From NCBI GenBank assembly GCA_002478745.1, contig DLQI01000065.1, positions 10,574 through 74,573 of the forward strand: a stretch of DNA of 64,000 nt, given 5' to 3'. The stretch is from Rhodobacteraceae bacterium UBA7436 (GTDB lineage Bacteria; Pseudomonadota; Alphaproteobacteria; Rhodobacterales; Rhodobacteraceae). The notes beneath the pieces were generated by a model that saw nothing but the letters and a program-made list of their open reading frames with translations, did not search any database and was not told where the DNA came from. Of this stretch, positions 55,134-64,000 are shown one piece after another; within the stretch, counting starts at the first letter, position 1, and every line of letters begins with the position of its first letter. The position numbers and the translations under genes were made by a program.

Positions 55134-55171
55134 TTTGCAAAGCTACGCTTAGCTAAGTGCAAAGTTGCAAA
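55134..55171. promoter_or_regulatory. PccR autoregulatory operator repeats
   Basis: TTTGCAAA (55134-55141), GTGCAAA-GTTGCAAA (55157-55171) just upstream of ATG 55181. Confidence 0.65.
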
Positions 55172-55180
55172 GGTACTCGT

Positions 55181-56581
55181 ATGGCGACCCAGAAAATCTA
55201 TGCAGGCGCAAAACTACGCGAACTGCGCACGCGCATTGGCCTGACGCAAAAAGACTTTGCCGCCAAGTTGGGCGTATCCCTGCCCTACCTAAATCAAATG
55301 GAAAACAATAACCGTCCCGTCAGTACCTCTGTCGTGGTGGCACTCGCACGTGAATTTGGCCTTGATGTAACCGAACTTAGCATCGGTGACAGCGAAAGGT
55401 TGGTCAGCGACCTAAAGGAAGCACTGTCAGATCCAGTTTTCACCGCAGACATGCCACCAATCGCGGATCTACGCCTTGCGGCATCCAACGCTCCAACCTT
55501 TGCCCGCGCCTTTATTCAGCTCCACCAAAGCTATCGACAAACCCACGAACGGCTTGCCTCCCTGGATGAAGCATTGGGGCGCGAAGATGCACGCACCCGT
55601 CCCAGTCCGTGGGAAGAGGTCCGCGATTTCTTTCATTATTGCGACAACTACATCGACTCAGTGGACCGTGTGGCCGAACATTTCTCTAGCTCGCTTGAAG
55701 GCGCAGTTGACGTGCGCGCAGCAGCGGTTGCTGCCCTGCAAAAGGTTGGCGTGAAGGTTGAATTCACCAATGATGACAGGGTTCGCAGCTACGATCCCGG
55801 CACCAAGGTTTTGCGCATTTCCAACCGCAGTGCCACAGAAACACAGACCTTCCAAATCTTGCTACAGGTCGCATTGATCCGCCAAAATGCATTGCTCGAG
55901 GCCACCCTTGATCTCGCCCGCTTCCAAACGTCAGAGGCCCGTGGCATCGCCAAAATCGGTCTGGCCAACTACTTTGCCGGTGCAGCCCTTATGCCCTACA
56001 CACAATTCCTAACTGCGGCGAACGAATGCAGGCATGACGTTGAACTTTTAGCAGGTCAATTCGGGGCCTCCATCGAACAGGTTGCACACCGCCTTTCAAC
56101 CCTGCAACGCCCGGGTTCCAAAGGCATTCCATTCTTCTTTGTACGCGTTGATCAGGCTGGAACGATCACAAAACGCCACTCTGCAACACGCCTACAATTT
56201 GCACGCTTTGGCGGCGCATGTCCGCTGTGGAACGTCCACCGCGCGTTCGAGTTGCCTGCACAATTCTTGCGCCAACTGGCTGAAACCCCAGATGGCGCAC
56301 GCTATATCAGTCTGGCACGCGACGTTTCAAAACCCGCTGGACGATACGGCGCACCTGTTCGCCGCTTTGCGATCGCTTTGGGATGTGAGGTCCAGCACGC
56401 GGGCTCACTTGTCTATGCAGATGGCATTGATCTTAGCCGCGCTGACGCATTTGAACCAATCGGAATTTCATGCCGAATATGCGAACGTAAAACGTGCCAT
56501 CAACGCTCTGTGCCACCGCTAGAGCGCAAGTTGCTCGTGGATACAGACACGCGCGATGTGCTACCCTACGGCGTCGACTAA
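55181..56581 (+). CDS. pccR: short-chain fatty acyl-CoA regulator (XRE/ScfR family), PccR
   Basis: N-terminal XRE HTH, HRLSTLQRPG, GGACPLW, C-terminal IG.SCR.CER..C.QR; beside pccB. Confidence 0.88.
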   Translation: MATQKIYAGAKLRELRTRIGLTQKDFAAKLGVSLPYLNQMENNNRPVSTSVVVALAREFGLDVTELSIGDSERLVSDLKEALSDPVFTADMPPIADLRLAASNAPTFARAFIQLHQSYRQTHERLASLDEALGREDARTRPSPWEEVRDFFHYCDNYIDSVDRVAEHFSSSLEGAVDVRAAAVAALQKVGVKVEFTNDDRVRSYDPGTKVLRISNRSATETQTFQILLQVALIRQNALLEATLDLARFQTSEARGIAKIGLANYFAGAALMPYTQFLTAANECRHDVELLAGQFGASIEQVAHRLSTLQRPGSKGIPFFFVRVDQAGTITKRHSATRLQFARFGGACPLWNVHRAFELPAQFLRQLAETPDGARYISLARDVSKPAGRYGAPVRRFAIALGCEVQHAGSLVYADGIDLSRADAFEPIGISCRICERKTCHQRSVPPLERKLLVDTDTRDVLPYGVD

Positions 56582-57231
56582 CGACGTGCCTTGCGCCAAC
56601 CGGCCTTAACTGCCTCATCCGCGCTACAGAACCACCGCTCGCCCTTATTGGTGTTAATACCTGTCTGTTCATAAAATCGTTGCCCAGCAACGTGGTAAAT
56701 TCGTTTACCACTTGAGGAAATGTTACCCTTGATCGCACAATTGCGATCCGGCGGGATGCGCCCTTTTGCACGGGTCTTGCGATATTGCGCAGGGTCTTGG
56801 ACGCGGCTGCTGTGTAACCCGCGATCATTCACTGCCGCCCCTTTTTCATCCAGATCGTAAGCCATCGAATACTTACGATAAGCAAAGGCCAATCCGTCTG
56901 AGACCAGGCCACGCCCAATGTCTTCTCCGTTGACAAAACAGGTCGCAACGGCCCGCCCATATTTGTCAGTATCAACACGTTTACAGGTTGCCCTTTGTCC
57001 CTGAAGACGGACACGGACCTGTTGGTTAACCCATTCTCCACAGGCCCACTTTAGGTTCTGTTCAGATTGGCAGGTTTGCCCTTTCTCCGGTGCGTCGATC
57101 CCGTGGATACGCACGCGGACATCGCCCACGTCGATGGTATCGCCATCAATGACGTTCACACGGCCCGAAAAATCGGCAAGTGAGAGAGAGGGGACAACGA
57201 TGAAAACGAACAACGCGCAAAATCTTAACAT
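56578..57231 (-). CDS. thermonuclease (SNase-like) family protein with ExoI-like C-terminal domain
   Basis: VIDGDT, RIHGIDAPE, DKYGR; CAIKGNIS..RIYH..GERWFCS..EA..AGWR. Confidence 0.88.
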   Translation of the reverse strand: MLRFCALFVFIVVPSLSLADFSGRVNVIDGDTIDVGDVRVRIHGIDAPEKGQTCQSEQNLKWACGEWVNQQVRVRLQGQRATCKRVDTDKYGRAVATCFVNGEDIGRGLVSDGLAFAYRKYSMAYDLDEKGAAVNDRGLHSSRVQDPAQYRKTRAKGRIPPDRNCAIKGNISSSGKRIYHVAGQRFYEQTGINTNKGERWFCSADEAVKAGWRKARR

Positions 57232-57306
57232 AGGTTAAAAAATGCGGGTTGCCGTTCATAAATTCAAGCGGGTTAGGTAATAAAGGTTACCAATGTGATA
57301 ACGCAC

Positions 57307-58965
57307 TTACCGCTGTACAGTTTCCCAATTCGGGTGCAGCCACGGCTCATCATTTGAACGCGCCAGCGGATCAAGGCCCAAAATGTGGTCCGACATCTTT
57401 TCGCCAACCATAATTGATGGGCCATTCAAGTTGCCGTTGGTAATGCGTGGGAAAATGCTGCTGTCCGCAACCCGCAACCCCTCAACGCCAATAACTTGGC
57501 CTGTGGGATCGACAACCGCATTTGGATCATCCCGCCGCCCCATGCGACAAGTGCCGCAAGGATGGTATGCACTTTCCACATGCTCTGAAATGAACGCATT
57601 CAGTTCTTCATCAGTTTGCACATCCGCACCCGGTTGTATTTCACCCTTCACAAACGGTTTAAACGCGTCTTGGGAGAATATCTCGCGCGTGAGGCGGATG
57701 CACCTGCGGAAGTCCTCCCAATCAGACGGGTCAGACATATAGTTGAACAGGATCTTTGGATCATCCGCAGGATCGCTAGACCGCAACGTGACCGCACCGC
57801 GTGATACCGAACGCATAGGGCCAGTGTGCGCCTGAAACCCATGCCCTTCTGCTGCCGCTTGGCCATCATAGCGCACCGCGATGGGTAAGAAGTGATACTG
57901 AATATCTGGGTAGTCGACACCAGGTTTTGACCGAATAAACGCACAGCTTTCGAACTGATTTGAGGCGCCAAGGCCTGTCTTAAAGAACAGCCATTGCGCA
58001 CCAATCCACGCCTTGGAGAATATGTTCCAGTGCTTGTACAAAGTGATTGGTTTGCTTGCCGACATCTGCATGTACAACTCAAGATGATCTTGTAGGTTTT
58101 GCCCAACGCCCGGGCGATCAGCGACCACTTCGATACCGTGGTCCTTAAGGTGTTCAGCGGGGCCAATACCAGACAACATCAGAATTTTGGGCGAGTTGAT
58201 GGCAGAGGCCGCAATGATGACTTCGCGGTTTGCAGTGACCGTTTTTCCGCCCGCAAGGGCAACGCCCGTCGCGCGGCCATCCTCAATGATGACCTTTTCA
58301 ACCAAGCCATTCATGAGATTACAGTTGTCGTGCTCTAGCGCAGGGCGCAGGTATGCATTGGCAGCGGACCAACGACGCCCCTTGTAAACGGTCTGTTCCA
58401 TCGGGCCGAAGCCCTCTTGTTTCTCACCGTTATAATCAGACGTCGCCTCATAGCCTGCTTGCTTGCCTGCCTCGACGAAGGCCTTGAACAAGGGGTTCTT
58501 ACGTGGCCCCCGCGTCACATGCATAGGACCGTTTTTGCCACGCCATTCAGGGTCACCGCCGTGACCATTACCGTCCCACGTTTCCATGCGTTTGTAGTAT
58601 GGTAGCACATCTGCATAAGACCAACCGTCAGCACCACTTTCGGCCCAATGATCAAAGTCCTTGGCGTGTCCACGCACGTAAACCATCCCGTTAATGGATG
58701 ATGACCCACCGATGACCTTACCCCTTGGGCACGCCAAACGACGACCTTCCAAATGTGGTTCGGGCTCAGACTCATACCCCCAATCATACATCTTCATGTT
58801 CATCGGGTATGAAAGCGCAGCGGGCATTTGGATCAACGGCCCTATATCTGTCCCGCCATGTTCTATGACCAAAACGGACTCTCCCACCTCCGCCAATCGA
58901 TAGGCCATCGCGCAACCCGCACTCCCGGCCCCGACGATGACGTAATCAGCTTGCATTTGAGCCAT
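57307..58965 (-). CDS. betA: choline dehydrogenase
   Basis: [36 protein letters not shown] motifs; bet cluster. Confidence 0.95.
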   Translation of the reverse strand: MAQMQADYVIVGAGSAGCAMAYRLAEVGESVLVIEHGGTDIGPLIQMPAALSYPMNMKMYDWGYESEPEPHLEGRRLACPRGKVIGGSSSINGMVYVRGHAKDFDHWAESGADGWSYADVLPYYKRMETWDGNGHGGDPEWRGKNGPMHVTRGPRKNPLFKAFVEAGKQAGYEATSDYNGEKQEGFGPMEQTVYKGRRWSAANAYLRPALEHDNCNLMNGLVEKVIIEDGRATGVALAGGKTVTANREVIIAASAINSPKILMLSGIGPAEHLKDHGIEVVADRPGVGQNLQDHLELYMQMSASKPITLYKHWNIFSKAWIGAQWLFFKTGLGASNQFESCAFIRSKPGVDYPDIQYHFLPIAVRYDGQAAAEGHGFQAHTGPMRSVSRGAVTLRSSDPADDPKILFNYMSDPSDWEDFRRCIRLTREIFSQDAFKPFVKGEIQPGADVQTDEELNAFISEHVESAYHPCGTCRMGRRDDPNAVVDPTGQVIGVEGLRVADSSIFPRITNGNLNGPSIMVGEKMSDHILGLDPLARSNDEPWLHPNWETVQR

Positions 58966-60422
58966 CAGAACGGTGCCTCAACATCGCCCATACGCACATA
59001 GACCGACTTTAGCTGTGAATAGTAATTGATCGCAGCCTTTGAGTTTTCGCGCCCAACACCAGAGTTTTTCGAACCACCAAACGGGGCTTCGACTGGTGCA
59101 TCGTTGTAGGAATTGATGAAACAAGTACCTGCCTCAAAATTCGCCGCAACGCGGTGCGCACGTGATAGATCCTTGGTAAACACACCCGCAGCCAAACCAA
59201 ATTCGGTGTCATTGGCACGGGTCATCACATCATCTTCATCCTCGAAATCAAGGACTGCCATCACAGGACCAAAGATTTCTTCGCGCGCAATGACCATGTC
59301 ATCTTTGACATCCGCAAAGACTGTAGGTTGCATGTAGAACCCGTCACGATCCAGACGGTTGCCTCCATAAACCAGACGCGCGCCCTCTGCTTTGCCTTTC
59401 TCGACATACCCCAAAGCAATCTCAAGCTGGCGCTCACTGACCATAGGACCAAAATTGGTTTCCTCAATCTGGGGGTCACCGATCATAGCGGTATCAAGGC
59501 GCTCAGACAGACGTTTTAGAAATGCTTCTTTGATAGAATTATGAACGAACACGCGGGTGCCGTTTGAACAGACCTGACCAGAGGAATAGAAATTCCCCAA
59601 GATGGCACCACCCACCGCATTTTCGATGTCTGCATCTTCAAAGACGATCATCGGGGACTTGCCGCCCAGTTCCATCGTCACATGCTTGATACCCGCAGCC
59701 GCGGCTGCATAAACCTTTTTGCCAGTCGGTACAGAGCCTGTCAGCGAAACCTTGTCGACACGATCATCGGTGACCAATGCAGCACCGACATCACCCATAC
59801 CTTGGATGACATTATAGATACCTGCGGGCAGACCTGCTTCGACCAAAATTTCCGCAACCTTTAGTGCACAAAGCGGTGTGGTTTCAGATGGTTTGAAAAC
59901 CATAGAGTTGCCACAAGCCAACGCGGGCGCACCTTTCCAGCAGGCAATCTGCGTTGGATAATTCCAGGCACCGATGCCCACACAAACACCCAAAGCTTCA
60001 CGGCGCGTGTAAACCCAGTCTTCTCCCAGTTGGATGTGCTCACCAGTTAGTGTCGCAGCCATACCACCAAAGTATTCAAGCGCATCTGCGCCAGAAGTGG
60101 CGTCAACCGCGATGGTTTCTTGGTACGGCTTACCCGTGTCAAACGTCTCAAGGACGCTCAAGTCATGATTGCGTTCGCGCATGATGTCCGCCGCGCGACG
60201 CAGAATGCGACCGCGTTCTGTTCCCGACATTTTAGCCCACGCCGATTGGGCCGATTTTGCTGCATCCAACGCCTGTGCAATTATTGCAGGGGTCGCAGAA
60301 TAAACGGTCGCGATCTTTTCACCTGTTGCAGGATAGATCACGTCGATTGGGGTACCAGCTGTATCCTCGACATATTGACCATTGATAAAGTGGCTGGCTG
60401 TTGGTTGTGTTGGGTAGCTCAT
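58965..60422 (-). CDS. betB: betaine aldehyde dehydrogenase
   Basis: [31 protein letters not shown]. Confidence 0.95.
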   Translation of the reverse strand: MSYPTQPTASHFINGQYVEDTAGTPIDVIYPATGEKIATVYSATPAIIAQALDAAKSAQSAWAKMSGTERGRILRRAADIMRERNHDLSVLETFDTGKPYQETIAVDATSGADALEYFGGMAATLTGEHIQLGEDWVYTRREALGVCVGIGAWNYPTQIACWKGAPALACGNSMVFKPSETTPLCALKVAEILVEAGLPAGIYNVIQGMGDVGAALVTDDRVDKVSLTGSVPTGKKVYAAAAAGIKHVTMELGGKSPMIVFEDADIENAVGGAILGNFYSSGQVCSNGTRVFVHNSIKEAFLKRLSERLDTAMIGDPQIEETNFGPMVSERQLEIALGYVEKGKAEGARLVYGGNRLDRDGFYMQPTVFADVKDDMVIAREEIFGPVMAVLDFEDEDDVMTRANDTEFGLAAGVFTKDLSRAHRVAANFEAGTCFINSYNDAPVEAPFGGSKNSGVGRENSKAAINYYSQLKSVYVRMGDVEAPF

Positions 60423-60476
60423 GGTATCGTTCGCCTCCGGCGCAAAAAATTGGGGTAAGGGATGTAGGCCGCAGCG

Positions 60477-61985
60477 CTATTCGCCGCGCGGGTATCGGGC
60501 GTCGTCTTCGACGTTGTTTAGGTCCATGTGATTGCGCATGTAGCGTTCAGATGCTTTTTGCAGTGGCTGGTAATCCCAAGGATAATACCCACCTTCGCGC
60601 AGGGCCTCGTAAACAACCCAACGACGGGCTTGGCTTGCGCGGACATCTGCATCAAACTTATCCAAGTCCCATCGGGCTTCAGATTTTGCACGCAGCTGCG
60701 TTAAAGTTCCTTGATGTTCTGCAACCTCTGCAAGGTTGGTCAATTCATGCGGATCTTTATCCAGATCAAACAACTGATCAGCGTCTAACTTGCAGCGGTT
60801 GTACTTCCACTTTCCATACCGCAGTGAAACCATCGGTGAATACGACGCCTCCGCTGCATATTCGATCGCAACGGGTTCGGTGCGTTCGACGCCCTGCCCC
60901 ATTGGTTTGACGCTTTGGCCTGTGGTCCATGGTTCAACTTCTGACATATCAACGCCAGCAAGATCGCACAGAGTTGGACAGACGTCGATGTTGGACACCG
61001 GTGTTGTGATCAAACCCGGCTCCATATCCGGCGCACAGATCATCATCGGAACCCGCGCCGATCCCTCGAAGAAGGACATCTTAAACCACAACCCGCGTTC
61101 GCCCAGCATGTCGCCATGATCGGAAACAAACATAATAATCGTCTCTTGGCGTGTTGCTTCGACCGCTTCCATCACCTCACCGATTTTATCATCAAGATAG
61201 CTGATGTTGGCAAAATAGGCACGACGAGACCGTTTGATATCGTCCTCTGAGATATCAAAACTACGCCAGTCGTTCGCATCAAAAATGCGTTTAGAGTGGG
61301 TGTCGTGATCTTCATAATCCATCGCTGGAACGGTCGGCAAAAGATATTCACAATCCTCATACAAATCCCAATATTTTTTACGGGCAACGTATGGATCATG
61401 GGGATGGGTAAAGCTTACAGTCATGCACCACGGACGTTCATCTTTGCTGCGTGCATAGTCGTAAACCTTGCGGGTTGCGTGATATGCAACTTCGTCATCG
61501 TATTCCATTTGGTTGGAAATTTCAGCAACGCCAGAGCCAGTGACAGACCCCATGTTGTGATACCACCAATCAATCCGCTCACCCGGTTTGCGATAATCAG
61601 GGGTCCATCCAAAATCAGCAGGATAGATGTCTGTGGTCAATCGTTCCTCAAACCCGTGCATCTGGTCAGGGCCCACGAAGTGCATCTTGCCAGACAGGCA
61701 GGTTTGATAGCCTGCACGGCGCAGGTGGTGTGCATAGGTAGGGATGGACGATATGAATTCAGCCGCATTATCATAAACGCCAGTGTCAGATGGCAATTGC
61801 CCAGACATGAATGCAGCACGCCCCGGAGCACACAATGGTGACGCAGTGTATGCGTTTTTAAAACGGGTCGACCGCGCTGCCAGCTTTTTCAGATTTGGCG
61901 CATGCAGCCATTCAGCGGGCCCATCAGGGAACAGCGTGCCGTTCAATTGATCGACCATAAAAATCAGTATATTCGGCTTGCTCAC
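60477..61985 (-). CDS. betC: choline-sulfatase
   Basis: CAPGR formylglycine motif, GKMHFVGPDQ, DWWYHNM, YMRNHMDL. Confidence 0.95.
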   Translation of the reverse strand: MSKPNILIFMVDQLNGTLFPDGPAEWLHAPNLKKLAARSTRFKNAYTASPLCAPGRAAFMSGQLPSDTGVYDNAAEFISSIPTYAHHLRRAGYQTCLSGKMHFVGPDQMHGFEERLTTDIYPADFGWTPDYRKPGERIDWWYHNMGSVTGSGVAEISNQMEYDDEVAYHATRKVYDYARSKDERPWCMTVSFTHPHDPYVARKKYWDLYEDCEYLLPTVPAMDYEDHDTHSKRIFDANDWRSFDISEDDIKRSRRAYFANISYLDDKIGEVMEAVEATRQETIIMFVSDHGDMLGERGLWFKMSFFEGSARVPMMICAPDMEPGLITTPVSNIDVCPTLCDLAGVDMSEVEPWTTGQSVKPMGQGVERTEPVAIEYAAEASYSPMVSLRYGKWKYNRCKLDADQLFDLDKDPHELTNLAEVAEHQGTLTQLRAKSEARWDLDKFDADVRASQARRWVVYEALREGGYYPWDYQPLQKASERYMRNHMDLNNVEDDARYPRGE

Positions 61986-62557
61986 TGGTCGCTCTCGATC
62001 AAAGTTTGAAGGGTTTGCAGCGCGGCATCACATGCATCTTTGGGGTCGCAGGCACTGGACAAAGCAGCCCGCAGATAGAGCCCGTCAATTAATGCAGCCA
62101 AGGTGTGCGCATACCGTTCTGGATGTTTGGAAATTGGGCGCAAAGCATGGGTGAGGTTCGAGTGCAGGCGGTGCTGATACAGCTTTAACAACCGTTTGGT
62201 TTCTACGCTGCTTTGCGACTGTACGTACAACGTCATCCACGCGCTGATCGTTGCAGGCGCGAAACAAGACGGTGCGAAACTGGATTGAATAATCGCACTG
62301 GCACGCGCGAAAGGCGTGGTTGCTTGACCTAAGGCTTGTAAAACCTCGGTTCCAAACTCGCGCAAGATGTGGCGCATCGCAGCCAAGAAAATCTGGTCCT
62401 TGCCGCCAAAATAGTGGTGCGCAAGCGCGGTCGACATCCCTGCCCGTTTAGCAATTTGCCCAACGGTCACTTCCAAGTTTCCAGCAGCGCCAATTTCAGC
62501 GATCGTCGCCTGCACCAATGCAGAGCGTCGGATCGGTTCCATTCCAACTTTAGGCAT
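61982..62557 (-). CDS. betI: choline-responsive TetR repressor BetI
   Basis: MPKVGMEPIRR N-terminus, AHHYFG.K, RL.SNL, AALIDGLYLR. Confidence 0.93.
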   Translation of the reverse strand: MPKVGMEPIRRSALVQATIAEIGAAGNLEVTVGQIAKRAGMSTALAHHYFGGKDQIFLAAMRHILREFGTEVLQALGQATTPFARASAIIQSSFAPSCFAPATISAWMTLYVQSQSSVETKRLLKLYQHRLHSNLTHALRPISKHPERYAHTLAALIDGLYLRAALSSACDPKDACDAALQTLQTLIESDQ

Positions 62558-62598
62558 GAACAATCCCCTAATATATCAGGTGTGATCGTAATCAGCGT

Positions 62599-62618
62599 TT
62601 GATTGACTCGTCAATCAA
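62599..62618. promoter_or_regulatory. BetI operator
   Basis: Perfect palindrome TTGATTGAC-TC-GTCAATCAA about 40 nt upstream of betI. Confidence 0.8.
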
Positions 62619-62626
62619 TAAAAAAC

Positions 62627-63532
62627 TTACACCTTTGTCTCATGTACAACAGGGGTCACGGGTCTTCGCTTCATCACTGCCTCGCGCCATGTGATGAAAG
62701 TGACAGATGCCAGAATTACAACGCCACCAAACACCACCCAAATATCCACAGGTTCACCGAAAACGATTGCCCCCAGCAACACCGCCCAAACCAATTGCAG
62801 GAATGTAATGGGCTGCGTAACGGTCACTGGCGCCGCGGCAAACGCCAAGGTCATCGTGTAATGGCCCGCTGTGGCAAAGCTAGCGACACAGAACAATAGC
62901 ATTAGGTCGTTGAGGGAGGGTGTTACCCAAACAGCAATCGCAAATGGGGCCAGCCCGATAGGCACAAAAATGGACAACATAGCAACGACCACGGTCGGCT
63001 TGACCTCGCCTGCCATTATCTTCGCCGTGAGATAAGACCCCGCAAATACAATCGCAGTCACCAGCATCGCCAAATGTCCGGATGACACTTCTCGAAACCC
63101 CGGGCGCAAAATGATTGCAGCACCAAACAATGCAATCAGGATCGCAACAATCCGACGCATCGCTAGTTTTTCACCCAAAAAGATTGCGGCACCAATCGTC
63201 ACATATACAGGTGAAAGGTAATTCATCGCGGTCACTTCAGCGATCGGAATGCGGGTCATAGCGTAAAACCACAAAATTACTGCGCCTGCGTGAAACATGC
63301 CGCGCATCCCAAAAAATTTCCACTGGCGTGGGGTCAAATGGGCCTCGCGCAAGTCCTTCAACATCGGCAACAGGAACACCAAACCCAACAAATACCGCAA
63401 AAATGCAGCCTCAGCTGGTGGCACGCGGCTGCCCATATGTTTCACCAGTGCCGTAACAGCTACAAAACATAAGCCCGTCACAAACATCCAAAAGATGCCT
63501 GCGCGGTGGCGTGAGGGATTTAATTTCATCAT
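62627..63532 (-). CDS. DMT/EamA family transporter
   Basis: Two EamA repeats, FLGEK, ILRPG, about 10 TM; start uncertain (63529-63550). Confidence 0.9.
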   Translation of the reverse strand: MMKLNPSRHRAGIFWMFVTGLCFVAVTALVKHMGSRVPPAEAAFLRYLLGLVFLLPMLKDLREAHLTPRQWKFFGMRGMFHAGAVILWFYAMTRIPIAEVTAMNYLSPVYVTIGAAIFLGEKLAMRRIVAILIALFGAAIILRPGFREVSSGHLAMLVTAIVFAGSYLTAKIMAGEVKPTVVVAMLSIFVPIGLAPFAIAVWVTPSLNDLMLLFCVASFATAGHYTMTLAFAAAPVTVTQPITFLQLVWAVLLGAIVFGEPVDIWVVFGGVVILASVTFITWREAVMKRRPVTPVVHETKV

Positions 63533-63571
63533 GGTACCATCAACGCTCAAAGTGGAGACAACCGCAAGGTA

Positions 63572-64000
63572 TCAAAAGAAAACCAGTTTAATTGCAATGG
63601 CCCACATCGTCAGCGCGATCAAAGCATCCAAAATCTGCCATGCCCGTCGGTTGGCAAAGATCGGGCGTAACAATCGTGCCCCATACCCAAGGGCAAAGAA
63701 GAACGTAATACTCGCTGTAACTGCACCAAAGCCAAAGCTGACACGGTCCTCATATTGCGCAGAGATTGAACCGATCAACACAACCGTATCCAAGTAAACA
63801 TGCGGGTTCAGCAGAGACAGCGCGACCAATGTAGCCAGTGTGCTTTTCAGCGATTGTTCCGCCCCATCGGCGGCTTCAAGAGAGCTGCCACCTTTCCATG
63901 CAGAGACCGCATTCCTCCAACCATACCATAGTAAAAACGCGGCCCCGCCATAGCGCATCGCTGTTTCAAACCAGGGCAATGATTGTGCAAGCGCCCCAAA
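63572..64000 (-). CDS. LysE/ArgO family amino acid exporter (5' truncated by window)
   Basis: GGAAFL.WYG, LNPHVYLDTV.LIG, FF.ALGYGAR.L. Confidence 0.9.
   Translation of the reverse strand, partial: FGALAQSLPWFETAMRYGGAAFLLWYGWRNAVSAWKGGSSLEAADGAEQSLKSTLATLVALSLLNPHVYLDTVVLIGSISAQYEDRVSFGFGAVTASITFFFALGYGARLLRPIFANRRAWQILDALIALTMWAIAIKLVFF

Overview
Mostly core chromosomal region of a Roseobacter-group (Rhodobacteraceae) alphaproteobacterium, judged from gene content and order. In order: a gamma-glutamylation (Puu-like) amine catabolism cluster; two tandem LysM + solute-binding-protein genes; hydrolases; thrS; cspA; thyA-folA; a frameshifted Slam/T11SS + lipoprotein pair; gloA; MarR/SdhE/XRE; aspartate aminotransferase; MATE; parE; lolCD; proS; fasciclin; AI-2E-hdaA-ppk-ppx; nhaA; the propionyl-CoA cluster (scpA, pccA, pccB, pccR) with several tiny lipoprotein genes; and betICBA. 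I see no rRNA, tRNA, CRISPR array, integrase or intact IS. The best candidates for undescribed biology are: (i) the orphan tandem LysM-SBP pair; (ii) an AT-rich, serine-less ACP-like gene bracketed by cassette-like motifs after thrS; (iii) a decaying T11SS (Slam) plus miniature cargo; (iv) three small lipoproteins embedded in the pcc cluster, one absent from the ORF track and one mis-started in it; (v) four point lesions confined to accessory genes while all long core genes are intact. All calls come from motif recognition by eye; no database searches were run.
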